A DNA stretch of 64,000 nt from Magnetococcales bacterium (GCA_015228925.1 JADGCQ010000007.1:1588-65587), one strand, 5' to 3'; counted from the stretch's first letter, positions 40,373 through 50,500 are shown. Notes: generated by a model from the letters alone, not told the origin. Numbers and translations: made by a program.

Positions 40373-42562
40373 TCAAAAGGACGGATCCGGGGTACGCCCA
40401 GGCCGATAGGGAGGCCAGTATTCCAGAACGATCCTGTGCTTTCCCGCAGCCGAGAGGGCAACCCCCTGGTGGATATGGTAGAGGGGGATGATCCGCGATT
40501 CTCGTCCGTTGATCCATACCCGCCAGGAAGGGTCGTAATTGACCGCCAAAGCCAGCATGGCCGGTCCATCAACCTCAACATTCACCACCAGACGATCCGG
40601 CCTGGAGGGTTCAAGGTGAACTTCCCCGTGGCGATAGTCCGGCTGGAAACGCGCCAGATCCCCCGTTTCCCCCCGCTCCACAAAGGCCGTCCTCCGGAGA
40701 TCCTCCACGCTGGCCTCGGCCAATGCCTGCAACAGGGTTTCGGTATCGGCATATGCCTGTACATTGTTCAGCAAGCGCACACGCGGCAAAACAGTGGTGT
40801 TTTCGTATAGGTAGACGGCCTGTGGCGGAAACTCCCCCTTCAAGGCGGACAAAACCATTTGCCGTCGTCGAAGCATCTCCCAGGCCGCCCGCTTTCGCGT
40901 CTCCTCCACAGGGGTATGCAACAATTGGAGATCCTCATGCACGAGGGGAGAATGGCTGTAGATGTAGCGCACATTCATGAGGGAGAGGAGATCAAGGTCG
41001 TACCAGCAGGCAAAATCCACCGCCTCGTTCTGTCTGAACCCACCTGGAGGCGCAAAAAGATACTGCAATTTATAGGTGTTGGCAGCCAGATCCGGATACT
41101 GGGCAACTACGCCGTGAATCACCTTCTTCCAGAAGTGAAAGAGCCGCCCAGAATACATGCGGTAGTAGCCATCGGCACTTTCCAGGCCATAGGCGAAGGC
41201 GTAGGCGGGATAGAGCCTCTGCCCGGAAATGGCCGTTACTCGGGGGGGCTCCGCGCCCGCCATGGCCACCCGGAATGGTTCCTCCCGTGGCAGTGCCGCC
41301 AGACCCTTGAGAACCGGATCGCTGAAATTGATTGCAAAATTATCCGTAGGCATGCGCCGGGCCAATAGAACGGTTGTTCTCTCCCAGAAATAAAGTGGCC
41401 AGGCCAGAGTCGCTAGGCTCAATCCCGCCAGCACTATCCGCCCCCATGACCGTACTGAAAGGAACTCCGAGCGCTGGATCAGGTGCAGACCGGCGGCACC
41501 AAGAAGAACTCCAGAGAATGTTGAAAACTGGTAATAATCGTGAAGGTTACCTTTGGCCGAGGGAAAAACATCCCTGGCAAGCAGTTGCAGCCACAGAAAA
41601 AACTCTCCCACGGTGGCACACAGAACAAAAAGCCAGAGCAGCCGCCATGCCGGTCCTTCCGACCGTGGATTCAAGGCCAGTCCCAGGGCGGCAAGCAATA
41701 GATAGATCTTGTTGTCGGGCAAGATTCGCTCAAGCACCGTCACATTGAAACTGTGCCAGACCTGTTCAAACACGGAGGCATCCATCCCTCCGGCCAACGC
41801 CATCCGGGAACTGGCGGAAACGTGGCTCATGAGGGCTACGGCGGAAGGCATGGAGGCCAGAACCGCACCCAGCAAAAAGGGCAGCCAGACCGACAGCCAG
41901 TGTCGGAGAGGCTGTCGGCTGACCAACACGAACCAAACCGGCAGTGCCGTCACCAGAAAAACCGTATAGAGGGCGGTCTCAGCCACCAGCGACAGGCCCA
42001 TCCCCACAAGCACCGCCGGAAACATCCTCTGCCATCCGGTTTTTTTCAGGAGCCTCTCCAACATCCAGATGAACATGGCCGTACAGGGCGGACCCAAGCC
42101 ATCGTAGAGGGTCCAGTCCCGTACCGACCAAGCATTTAGGGAAAAGGCGAGACCAGCAAAGAGTGCTGCGAAGGTGTTGAGGCGCAGGAAATCACAACAA
42201 AGGCGAAAGGTGAAATAGGCCGCAAGAAAACGTTGAAGAAACATGGTGATGCCGTAGGCAGCCCATGGCGGCAGTGCTACCCATGGCAATCCGTTGATCA
42301 AAAAGCTGTCGATCATGGGGAAGGGCATGGTCGGCATGCCGCCGCTGAAGAGCGGCTGCCACCAAGTCACACCGTATTCCAGAAGATCCCGCGCCGCCGA
42401 CATGAGGTAGGGAACGCTGACATCCGCCGTATCCTGAATACGCAAATAGGAGTGGGGCCCCAAAATCCAATAGACGGCGGAATTGAGCAGCGACCAGATG
42501 AACCACAACAGCAGCCATTGGCTCGGCCCCAGAGACTCAAATGAAAAGGATATCCGTTTCAT
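40373..42562 (-). CDS. Large polytopic membrane protein, YfhO/DUF6044-like (putative glycosyl/lipid-linked transferase)
   Basis: 729 aa. At least 10 hydrophobic segments in the first ~420 aa, followed by a soluble C-terminal domain. Family assignment is from general resemblance only. Confidence 0.5.
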   Translation of the reverse strand: MKRISFSFESLGPSQWLLLWFIWSLLNSAVYWILGPHSYLRIQDTADVSVPYLMSAARDLLEYGVTWWQPLFSGGMPTMPFPMIDSFLINGLPWVALPPWAAYGITMFLQRFLAAYFTFRLCCDFLRLNTFAALFAGLAFSLNAWSVRDWTLYDGLGPPCTAMFIWMLERLLKKTGWQRMFPAVLVGMGLSLVAETALYTVFLVTALPVWFVLVSRQPLRHWLSVWLPFLLGAVLASMPSAVALMSHVSASSRMALAGGMDASVFEQVWHSFNVTVLERILPDNKIYLLLAALGLALNPRSEGPAWRLLWLFVLCATVGEFFLWLQLLARDVFPSAKGNLHDYYQFSTFSGVLLGAAGLHLIQRSEFLSVRSWGRIVLAGLSLATLAWPLYFWERTTVLLARRMPTDNFAINFSDPVLKGLAALPREEPFRVAMAGAEPPRVTAISGQRLYPAYAFAYGLESADGYYRMYSGRLFHFWKKVIHGVVAQYPDLAANTYKLQYLFAPPGGFRQNEAVDFACWYDLDLLSLMNVRYIYSHSPLVHEDLQLLHTPVEETRKRAAWEMLRRRQMVLSALKGEFPPQAVYLYENTTVLPRVRLLNNVQAYADTETLLQALAEASVEDLRRTAFVERGETGDLARFQPDYRHGEVHLEPSRPDRLVVNVEVDGPAMLALAVNYDPSWRVWINGRESRIIPLYHIHQGVALSAAGKHRIVLEYWPPYRPGRTPDPSF

Positions 42563-42773
42563 GCTGTGGCGATCCCGTCATGCCCCCTTGGGTGCGTTTG
42601 GATAAACCCATCGGGGCGAGGATGATGTCCTTCGGGCAAAAAGTCAACAGAAAAATCAAAATCCTGGAGCTTCGCCTCACATCCCGCTTGAAACCGGCAC
42701 AGTATTTGCATCCAGTGTCGAAACTCTTATCTTCTTCTGCGCTGAGCAAGGATTCCTGCCAGTCATTACCGCT

Positions 42774-43232
42774 GGGTGGTCTTTCAGAATTGTTGTTGCT
42801 TTCAATTAAGTGGTATCCTTTGCCGTATGAAAATCAATTCTCAGGTGGAGGATGTGAAAATGGCTGTGTTGGACGTGAAGTGCCCCAGATGTGCTGGATT
42901 GAATGTCGTAAAGCATGGCAAACTTCCTGGTGGAGAACAGAGGTATCGCTGTGGTTCTCCTGACTGTTGGTATGATGACCTTTATTCTGAATTACACGGC
43001 TATTGGTCGAACTCAAGAGGCTAAGGCCAAAATTGTGAGGTTGGAAAGAGAAACAGGCAAAAGATTGAACGGAAAAAAACTGAATTTTAGAACGAGGCTG
43101 AAGCGGTTGGCTCGGAAAACCATCTGCTTTTCGAAGACAATTCAGATGCACGACGTTGTGATCGGATTGTTTATCAACCGTTTAAGAATTTGGTTTGGCT
43201 GTTTGAAAATCAACTATTTTGGAACACCACCC
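42774..43232 (+). mobile_element. Internally deleted IS1-family element (MITE-like relic, 459 bp)
   Basis: InsA-type zinc finger MAVLDVKCPRCAGLNVVKHGKLPGGEQRYRC (ATG at 42860). IS1 transposase C-terminal end LNFRTRLKRLARKTICFSKTIQMHDVVIGLFINR lies in another frame. Terminal inverted repeats gggtggtctttcagaattgttg (42774-42795) and caactattttggaacaccaccc (43211-43232) match 18/22. The catalytic core is missing. Confidence 0.7.
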
Positions 43233-43266
43233 AAAAAACTACGTATTCCTTGATGGTTGCGGTTTA
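43233..43266 (+). repeat. 34-bp direct repeat, copy B (abuts the right IR of the IS1 relic)
   Basis: aaaaaactacgtattccttgatggttgcggttta. Confidence 0.65.
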
Positions 43267-43285
43267 GAGGGACTGGGAAACCGCC

Positions 43286-44161
43286 ATGTTCGTTTGGGTT
43301 GTCTTTTTCATCTCGGTGCTTGTGAACAGTACCACGCCGCTGGCTATCCAGTGGAGTCAACAAGGGGTTGGACTATTTCTCGCGGTTACGGTCCGCATGA
43401 TGCTGGCGTTATTGATTTGTCTTGGTCTGCACCTGTTAAGCCGCACCCCCCTGCCGCGGACCCAACAGGCCATCCATACCTATCTGATTGGTGGATTGGG
43501 TTTTTTCTTTGGCGTTTCTTGTTGTTATTGGGGGTTGCAATGGATTCCATCGGGTTGGACGGCGGTATTGTTTGGACTCAGCCCCATTTTTAATGGACTG
43601 CTCGCCAGACGATTTTTATCGGAGTCCTTTGGGTGGAATCGCGGGGTTGGCTCTTTGTTGGGATTGATGGGGTTGGGGTTTATTTTCTACCAAAGTTCCC
43701 AAAATGAACTTTCCAAACTGGGGCTGGGTGTGGTCATTACCCTTGCTGCTGTGATCATCTTTTCGTTTACTTCAGTATTCATGAAGAAGGTTGGGCGCAA
43801 CATCAACCCTATGGCCATTACCACGGGGTGTCTCATGGTGATGATTCCTTGTTTCTTTGCCAGTTGGTATGTGAAAGAAGGGGGGGTGCCGTTGGAAATT
43901 CCCTGGCGGAGCCTGGGGGCTATCCTGTATTTGGCGATGGTTTCGACGGTTATCGGCTTTATAGCGTTATACTATTTGTTGGGCAAAGTGGACGCGACGG
44001 TGGCGGCTCTGCCCAATCTTTTGGCACCCGCGTTGGCGGTCTGGTTGGGGGTGGTGTTTAACGGTGAAACATTGCAGTCTGGGTTTTTGTTTGGGACCGC
44101 TTTTATTCTTTTAGGTTTGAGTATTTTTCAATGGAAGTCCCCCAGGATGATGGTGTCTTGA
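43286..44161 (+). CDS. DMT-superfamily (EamA-like) transporter
   Basis: 291 aa and about 10 TM segments, with the two-fold EamA-like layout. Confidence 0.8.
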   Translation: MFVWVVFFISVLVNSTTPLAIQWSQQGVGLFLAVTVRMMLALLICLGLHLLSRTPLPRTQQAIHTYLIGGLGFFFGVSCCYWGLQWIPSGWTAVLFGLSPIFNGLLARRFLSESFGWNRGVGSLLGLMGLGFIFYQSSQNELSKLGLGVVITLAAVIIFSFTSVFMKKVGRNINPMAITTGCLMVMIPCFFASWYVKEGGVPLEIPWRSLGAILYLAMVSTVIGFIALYYLLGKVDATVAALPNLLAPALAVWLGVVFNGETLQSGFLFGTAFILLGLSIFQWKSPRMMVS

Positions 44162-44206
44162 TCATGGGCTGAGAAAGAGGTTCCACAGATCACGGCTCTG
44201 GGGGGG

Positions 44207-44659
44207 CTACGACAGAACGGGTGCCCCTTCGGCAGGTTCGAGGGAAAACCCCTGACGCGACCATTCCATAATTCCGCCGATAAGTTCGCAGGCGGAAAAT
44301 CCGTGTTCCAGAAAAATTTCCATGGCAATTTCCGTTCTGGGGCCAGATCGGCACACCAGGACAAAACGCATGAGCGGATTGAATTTTTCCGGCTTAAAAA
44401 GAAGATTGAAACAACGGCGAAAAACGCTGGTATCGCTCCTGTCTTCAAGATTATGATCGTTGGGAAACAATACGGAGCCAGGGATGATCCCTTCCCGATA
44501 TTCTTCACGACACCGTATATCAAGCAACATCAATCTTTGAGGATTTCCGGCCATGACATCGTGAAGCTGTTGGGCCGAGATCATTTCGTTGAAGAGTGCT
44601 CTTTCGATGATTTCCTCGACGGTTTGTGCTGTGGAGATAGTCATAAGGCTGTGTGCCAT
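44207..44659 (-). CDS. Rhodanese-domain sulfurtransferase-like protein
   Basis: LLDIRCREEYREGIIPGSVLFP and the active-site loop VLVCRSGPRTEIA. Confidence 0.8.
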   Translation of the reverse strand: MAHSLMTISTAQTVEEIIERALFNEMISAQQLHDVMAGNPQRLMLLDIRCREEYREGIIPGSVLFPNDHNLEDRSDTSVFRRCFNLLFKPEKFNPLMRFVLVCRSGPRTEIAMEIFLEHGFSACELIGGIMEWSRQGFSLEPAEGAPVLS

Positions 44660-44660
44660 G

Positions 44661-45164
44661 TCAAATGCTGTTGGACCGATGCAACAACTCCGACGGACCC
44701 GGGGGGGAGAGTCGGGACGTTTCTGTCTTAAAATAAGGGCCGTATTGGGTGTCGGTATGATTGATATGATTGGTGATCCATTCCTGGAGAAACAATTTTA
44801 CCGCACCAATAGCCTGAAATTCACGTCTTTTTACTTTGATTCTCAGATCTGCCAATACGTTGATCAACTGTTGATGCTGGGCGTGATGATCGGGGAGGGT
44901 GGGGTAACCCCGTTTGGCCATCGCTTGTTCTTCCTCCTTAAAGTGAACGCGGGTATACTTTTCCAGACGCACAAAAATGCCATCCATTTGGTCCCACTCA
45001 TCGGGGAACGGTGTTCGCAGACGGAACCGTGCGCTCAATCGGGTAAACTCTTCGATATAGAAGAGAAGCCGCTGATGGTCCTTGTTGAATCTCTCGACCC
45101 CGACATCGGATACCGTGAGATTGCTCATGTCAAACCCCTTGGACTGGATGCTGATGGCCATCAT
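44661..45164 (-). CDS. Bacteriohemerythrin (hemerythrin-like metal-binding protein)
   Basis: FNKDHQRLLFYIEEF, HFKEEEQAM, HHAQHQQL and WITNHINHTDTQY. Confidence 0.8.
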   Translation of the reverse strand: MMAISIQSKGFDMSNLTVSDVGVERFNKDHQRLLFYIEEFTRLSARFRLRTPFPDEWDQMDGIFVRLEKYTRVHFKEEEQAMAKRGYPTLPDHHAQHQQLINVLADLRIKVKRREFQAIGAVKLFLQEWITNHINHTDTQYGPYFKTETSRLSPPGPSELLHRSNSI

Positions 45165-45344
45165 CAGCCTGTTGATGTTTTATCACAATGCAGCGATTTT
45201 GCAATACCCTAACACCCATACGAGAGCTGTTTATTTTCCCTTGACTGGGACTGGCCTGGATTTACCAGAACATGGTAACCTGATCGGCGTGCTGAAACAG
45301 GTAACCCATTTTCCAACTTTTTAACCAATAGGAAGACCGACTCC

Positions 45345-46988
45345 ATGGCCGTGCTTACCGATTTGCCCCAATGGAAGGCCCTCGAAGCCCATCGTGATCA
45401 GATTGCCGACGTGACCATGCGTGAACTTTTTGATGGCGATCCGGGACGCTTTCATTCCTTTTCCTTACGTCTGGAGGAGATGATCTTCGACTACTCCAAG
45501 AACTGTGCCAACGGCGAGACGATGAAACGCCTGATGGCGTTGGCGCGGGCCTGCGATGTCGAAGGGTGGCGGGATCGCATGTTCTCTGGGGAAAAAATCA
45601 ACAACACCGAAAATCGGGCCGTTTTGCATGTGGCATTGCGCCATGGTTCTGACGAGCCGATCATGGTGGATGGCAAGGATGTGATGCCGGAGGTGCGGGC
45701 TGTTCTTGAACAGATGAAGCAGTTTTGTGAAGAAGTTCATCGGGGAACTTTCCGGGGTCATACCGGAAAGCCTATGACCGATATTGTCAATATCGGCATT
45801 GGCGGTTCCGACTTGGGGCCGGTGATGGTCTGCGAGGCTTTGAGACCTTATGCCCATAAAGGGTTGTCGGTTCATTTTATTTCCAACGTTGACGGTACCC
45901 ATGTGGCGGAGACGTTGCGCCGGTTGAATGCTGAAACGACTCTGTTTATTGTTGCCTCGAAGACATTTACCACGCAGGAGACCATCAGTAATGCCCTTTC
46001 GGCACGCTCCTGGCTGGTGGATCGGTTGGGTGAGGCGGCGGTGGCCAAACATTTTGTGGCACTTTCGACCAATGCCGACGAAGTGGGTAAGTTTGGGATC
46101 AATACCGACTACATGTTTGGTTTTTGGGATTGGGTTGGTGGACGCTACAGTCTGTGGTCGGCCATCGGTCTGCCTATTGCCTTGGCCATTGGTTTTGACA
46201 ATCTGATGGCGTTACATGCGGGCGCATTTGCCATGGATCAACATTTCCGCACGGCACCTTTGGAAAAAAATATCCCGGTGATCAAAGCGATGCTGGGGAT
46301 ATGGAATCATAATTTTCTCGGGGCGGAAAGTTATGCGGTATTACCGTATGACCAATATTTGCATCGCCTGCCGGCATTTTTGCAGCAAGCCGACATGGAG
46401 TCCAATGGTAAAACCGTTACCAGGGATGGGGAGAAACTTTCCACCACCAGCGGTCCGATCTTGTTTGGCGAACCTGGCACCAATGGTCAACATTCGTTCT
46501 ATCAACTGATGCACCAGGGGACGCGATTGGTTCCAGCCGATTTTCTCGCTGCGGTCGAGACCCACAATCCGGTTCGGGATCATCATGCGATTCTGTTGTC
46601 CAACTTTTTTGCCCAATCGGAAGCCCTGATGCGTGGAAAAACCTTGAAAGAGGCGCGGCAGGAACTTTCCGATCAAGGGTTACAAGGGGAGGAATTGGAA
46701 TTTTTGAGTCGGCACAAGGTATTTCCAGGAAATCGGCCAACCAACTCCATCTTGGTGAGAATCTTTGATCCGCGCACCTTGGGGATGATTATTGCCATGT
46801 ACGAACACACCATCCATGTTCAAGGGGTGGTTTGGGGGATTAATTCTTATGACCAATGGGGGGTGGAATTGGGGAAACAGTTGGCAAAAAAAATATTGCC
46901 AGAGTTGATTTCCCAGGGGACAGTGAATAGCCACGATGCTTCCACCAACGGGTTAATCAACTACTATAAGCAACTCAAAGGTCTTTGA
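45345..46988 (+). CDS. pgi: Glucose-6-phosphate isomerase
   Basis: [24 protein letters not shown] and the GVELGK-type blocks. 547 aa. Confidence 0.95.
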   Translation: MAVLTDLPQWKALEAHRDQIADVTMRELFDGDPGRFHSFSLRLEEMIFDYSKNCANGETMKRLMALARACDVEGWRDRMFSGEKINNTENRAVLHVALRHGSDEPIMVDGKDVMPEVRAVLEQMKQFCEEVHRGTFRGHTGKPMTDIVNIGIGGSDLGPVMVCEALRPYAHKGLSVHFISNVDGTHVAETLRRLNAETTLFIVASKTFTTQETISNALSARSWLVDRLGEAAVAKHFVALSTNADEVGKFGINTDYMFGFWDWVGGRYSLWSAIGLPIALAIGFDNLMALHAGAFAMDQHFRTAPLEKNIPVIKAMLGIWNHNFLGAESYAVLPYDQYLHRLPAFLQQADMESNGKTVTRDGEKLSTTSGPILFGEPGTNGQHSFYQLMHQGTRLVPADFLAAVETHNPVRDHHAILLSNFFAQSEALMRGKTLKEARQELSDQGLQGEELEFLSRHKVFPGNRPTNSILVRIFDPRTLGMIIAMYEHTIHVQGVVWGINSYDQWGVELGKQLAKKILPELISQGTVNSHDASTNGLINYYKQLKGL

Positions 46989-47084
46989 TATCTGTGTGAA
47001 AACAACCCAGGGCCAGTGAGGGGTAACCTTGCTGCTCCCTGGGCCATCTCCATAGTCTGAGTGGAAAGGGCCATGGTTTGGACC

Positions 47085-47149
47085 GTAACCGTTCAGACCC
47101 CCCCCTTGTTTTTTCCCCTCTCCCTTTGGGAGAGGGGCAGGGGTGAGGG
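47085..47149. repeat. REP-like palindromic element, left arm of an inverted pair
   Basis: gtaaccgttcagaccccc...cccctctccctttgggagaggggcaggggtgaggg, with an internal hairpin (ctctccc-ttt-gggagag). Confidence 0.6.
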
Positions 47150-47263
47150 AACCAGCGTTTTGATCAACAGTATTCTTGTAAAAAGGTATCGTCATAAAAT
47201 CAAGTCATTAGATCGGTTCCTCAAGGATCGCGACGGACCTTTGAATGATGGAGTTTCCGTTTG

Positions 47264-47311
47264 CCCTCACCCCGGCCCTCTCCCGGAGGGAGAGGGGGTC
47301 TGAACGGTTAC
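47264..47311. repeat. REP-like palindromic element, right arm (inverted copy)
   Basis: ccctcaccccggccctctcccggagggagagggggtctgaacggttac. Its reverse complement matches the left arm, except for a ~13-nt extra segment in the left arm. Confidence 0.6.
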
Positions 47312-47330
47312 TTTGGACCTTGCGTATTCA

Positions 47331-48134
47331 ATGATCAGGAATAAAAAAATGGGACGTATGGATTGGGTACGGATTGATTCTATCATTGTGGCTTTGTTGA
47401 TTGGTATCATTGTGCCGCGCTTCGGAGAGGCGATAGAACTCAACATTTTATTTAGTGCCTATACGCCACCCTACGTTTTTCAAGATAAAAATGAGAAAGG
47501 TGATGGCATTGTGGTGGAGATTGTCCGCGAGTCCCTGGACGGACAGGGATATAAGATCCATCCTGTTTATCTCCCGATTGGCCGAAGTTTTAAAATGTTT
47601 TCGGAAGAACAGGTTGATGGGACGACGATTATTCAGGAAAGTTCGGGATTGGATGCCAATTATTCCGATTATTTTATGCAATACCATAATTTTGCAATTA
47701 CCCGGACGGACAGAAACATCGCAATCCATAGTATGGAAGATCTTCTTGGAAAAGATATCATCGCATTCCAACAGGCGGACAAATATTTGGGGCCAAAATT
47801 TGGTGTGATCGCTGTGGGTAATCCACGGTACTCCGAGATGGACAACCAGGAACGGCAGGTTCATATGCTTTTGGCGGGGCGCACGGATATTGCCATTATG
47901 GATGAGAGCATTTTTCGGTATTACTGTCAAAAACTGGTTCGTGAGGGGAAGGTATCCCAGGAGCCAAAGGTCACGTTCCACAATATTTTTCCTCCGACGA
48001 AATATCGTGCAGCCTTTGTCGATCCGAAGGTCAGAGACGCTTTCAATGTTGGATTGGCGATGCTACGTGCGAATGGACGCTATAGGGCAATCTATGATAA
48101 ATATACCCGCCTTTATTTTGATATCAAGGAATAA
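47331..48134 (+). CDS. Periplasmic solute-binding protein, family 3-like (associated with the downstream kinase)
   Basis: N-terminal hydrophobic anchor, then YTPPYVFQD...IVVEIVRESL...FQQADKYLG...MLLAGRTDIAIMDE, typical of amino-acid-type SBPs. The tracked start at 47313 is TTG; ATGs are at 47331 and 47349. Confidence 0.7.
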   Translation: MIRNKKMGRMDWVRIDSIIVALLIGIIVPRFGEAIELNILFSAYTPPYVFQDKNEKGDGIVVEIVRESLDGQGYKIHPVYLPIGRSFKMFSEEQVDGTTIIQESSGLDANYSDYFMQYHNFAITRTDRNIAIHSMEDLLGKDIIAFQQADKYLGPKFGVIAVGNPRYSEMDNQERQVHMLLAGRTDIAIMDESIFRYYCQKLVREGKVSQEPKVTFHNIFPPTKYRAAFVDPKVRDAFNVGLAMLRANGRYRAIYDKYTRLYFDIKE

Positions 48135-48139
48135 CCTGA

Positions 48140-50500
48140 ATGAATGATCCTGTTGGCAGGTCGCTTTCCGTCAAGCTCCTCCGCACGGTGTTTGCTATTT
48201 ATTTTATGATTACTTTGTTGGTAACCGCGCTCCATGTGATTATTGAATATCAGAAAACCAAGGATGATATTTTACGAGAATTGGCAGAGGTTGCACATGC
48301 GTTTTCACAATCCTTGGAGGTAGCTCTCTGGCAGATCAATCCAGAGCAGCAGCGTTCGATTGCCACTGGAATTTTAAATTTATCGATTGTGACAGGGCTG
48401 GAAATTTCGCAAACGGATGGTCAGATATCGCGTATGGGAGAAGCGGAATTTTCTCCGAATTCGGAAACGGTGTTTTTTCACCCGTTTTCCATTAACCATG
48501 ATTTTAATGGAAAAAAAACGCACCTTGCGGATGTTCGATTTTACAGCGACCAGTCGGTCGTGATTAGCCGTGTGAAAACGGGATTCATCATGATCTTGTT
48601 GAATGCGGTCATTAAGTGTCTGGCATTGTGGTTTCTCTTTTTATGGGCATTTCGCCGCCTTTTGAACCGGCCATTGTCCGATTTTGTGTCGCAGATGCTC
48701 AAAATCAATATAAATAATATTGGCAATCAAAGAATTCATCTCGGTATTGGGGAAGACAATGAGTTACGACGTATGGAAGGTTCTTTTAATACCATGCTGG
48801 ATACCATTGAGGAGGGACGTGCTAATCTGGTTGCTTTACAGGCCGGAACACAAAAATATTTGGAAGAGACCGTGGAAGAACGGACTCAAAGTCTTGAAGT
48901 TGAAGTGGCGTTTAGAAAACGGATGGGAGAAGATTTGAGGAACAGCCAAAACCTCCTTTTGGCTATTTTGGAATCGACGAGGGATGCCGTATTGGCGGTT
49001 CATGGAGACGGCGGTATCAGTCATTATAACAATCGATTTTTGGAATTGTGGAAAATCCCAAAAGAGGCCATGAAACCCCCATGCCGGGATAAAATTTTAT
49101 TAGAGATGGTTTGTGATCAACTGCAAGATCCGCAACAGTTTTTGTCCAAGATTCGGGAATTATATGATTCTGTGGAAGAAAGTTTGGATGTGCTACATTT
49201 TAAGGATGGTCGTGTTTTTGAAAGATTTTCGCTTCCACTCAGCCATGACGATGGCAATAACGGGCGCGTATGGTGTTTTAGTGATGTCACCGAACGCAAG
49301 CGTTTTGAGGAAAGTTTGAGCCAGGCCAAGCGGGAAGCGGAGGGGGCCAACCAAGCGAAGAGCGAATTTTTGTCGGTGATGTCGCATGAGATTCGTACAC
49401 CGATGAATGCCATTCTGGGGATGGGTGAGCTTCTGAAAGAGACCCAACTGACCGAAACACAGGGTTTATACGTCAAATTATTGAATCATTCTGGCGAGGC
49501 ACTGCTATCTTTAATTAATGATATTCTTGACTTATCCAAGATTGAGTCCGGCCAGCTCAGGCTGGAAAAAGTAACTTTTGATTTATGGCAAATGGTTCAT
49601 GGGGTGATGGATGTGTTTCAGTTTACCGCCATGGATATGGGCGTGATGCTCCGCCATCACATCGGCGCAGATGTTGTGCAATGGGTGGAAGGGGATCCGA
49701 TTCGCATTCGACAGATTCTCATGAATTTGGTGAGTAATGCCATCAAATTTGCCAGCAAAGGGGAGGTTTTTGTCCATGTGACGCACGGTCCCAATCCTAT
49801 GATTTCTATGGCGGTGCAGGATAATGGCCCCGGTATTCCATTGGAAAAGCAGGAAGAAGTGTTCAAGCCGTTTACACAGGCCGATTCAAGCACCACACGC
49901 AAGCATGGTGGCACGGGGTTGGGTTTGACGATTTGTAGACGATTAGCCGATCTCATGGGGGGGCAGATTGATTTGGAGAGTGTCCCTGGCCAGGGTTGTA
50001 CGTTTACCGTGATGATTCCGCTGCCCGCCGTCGAAATACGTCGTGATACCCAGGGCACTGGTGATGCAGACCATGCGGAAGATATCTTGGGTGGGCAACA
50101 GGGTGCGTTGGTGAAACAGGGTTATGAGATACTCCTTGTGGAAGATACCCCAGAAAATCGGATTGTTGTGGAATCTTTTCTCCGTTCTGTCACCAAGCGG
50201 TTGGTACAGGCGGAAAATGGGGCTGAAGCGGTAAAGATTTTCAGGAAGGATCGGTTTGATCTTGTATTAATGGATATTGAGATGCCGGTGATGGATGGTT
50301 ACCAAGCCATACAGGAGATCCGTGCATGGGAGCTGGAGGGGGATAGGCATCCAACCCCCATTATCGCTTTGACCGCGCACGCCTTGTCTGAGGAGTCCAA
50401 AAAAATCCAATCCGCCGGGTTTGATTTTCATTTGACCAAACCGATTCGGAAACAAAAATTGTTGGATACCATTCGTCACGTAACCCACGAAAACAGATAA
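48140..50500 (+). CDS. Hybrid sensor histidine kinase (2 TM - HAMP - PAS - HisKA - HATPase - REC)
   Basis: [18 protein letters not shown] (H-box), NLVSNAIKF, DNGPGIP, GTGLGLTICRRLADLMGG, and REC ILLVEDTPENR...DLVLMDIEMPVMDG...LTKP. Confidence 0.9.
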   Translation: MNDPVGRSLSVKLLRTVFAIYFMITLLVTALHVIIEYQKTKDDILRELAEVAHAFSQSLEVALWQINPEQQRSIATGILNLSIVTGLEISQTDGQISRMGEAEFSPNSETVFFHPFSINHDFNGKKTHLADVRFYSDQSVVISRVKTGFIMILLNAVIKCLALWFLFLWAFRRLLNRPLSDFVSQMLKININNIGNQRIHLGIGEDNELRRMEGSFNTMLDTIEEGRANLVALQAGTQKYLEETVEERTQSLEVEVAFRKRMGEDLRNSQNLLLAILESTRDAVLAVHGDGGISHYNNRFLELWKIPKEAMKPPCRDKILLEMVCDQLQDPQQFLSKIRELYDSVEESLDVLHFKDGRVFERFSLPLSHDDGNNGRVWCFSDVTERKRFEESLSQAKREAEGANQAKSEFLSVMSHEIRTPMNAILGMGELLKETQLTETQGLYVKLLNHSGEALLSLINDILDLSKIESGQLRLEKVTFDLWQMVHGVMDVFQFTAMDMGVMLRHHIGADVVQWVEGDPIRIRQILMNLVSNAIKFASKGEVFVHVTHGPNPMISMAVQDNGPGIPLEKQEEVFKPFTQADSSTTRKHGGTGLGLTICRRLADLMGGQIDLESVPGQGCTFTVMIPLPAVEIRRDTQGTGDADHAEDILGGQQGALVKQGYEILLVEDTPENRIVVESFLRSVTKRLVQAENGAEAVKIFRKDRFDLVLMDIEMPVMDGYQAIQEIRAWELEGDRHPTPIIALTAHALSEESKKIQSAGFDFHLTKPIRKQKLLDTIRHVTHENR

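Noticed and set aside
43073-43080. A7C run resembling the IS1 programmed -1 frameshift site
   Set aside because: It lies in the part that corresponds to the transposase C-terminal end, not at an InsA/InsB junction. The element is internally deleted, so a functional frameshift is implausible.
42776-43253. Two overlapping ORFs (82 aa and 112 aa) as intact IS1 insA/insB genes
   Set aside because: Together they cover only the zinc finger and the last ~35 residues of the transposase. The DDE core is absent, so I annotate the region as a relic.
47061-47303. 80-aa ORF between pgi and the solute-binding protein gene
   Set aside because: Both of its ends are simply translations of the inverted REP-like arms (PLSLWERGRGEG / PLPEGEGV). 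I treat it as a repeat element and not a gene.
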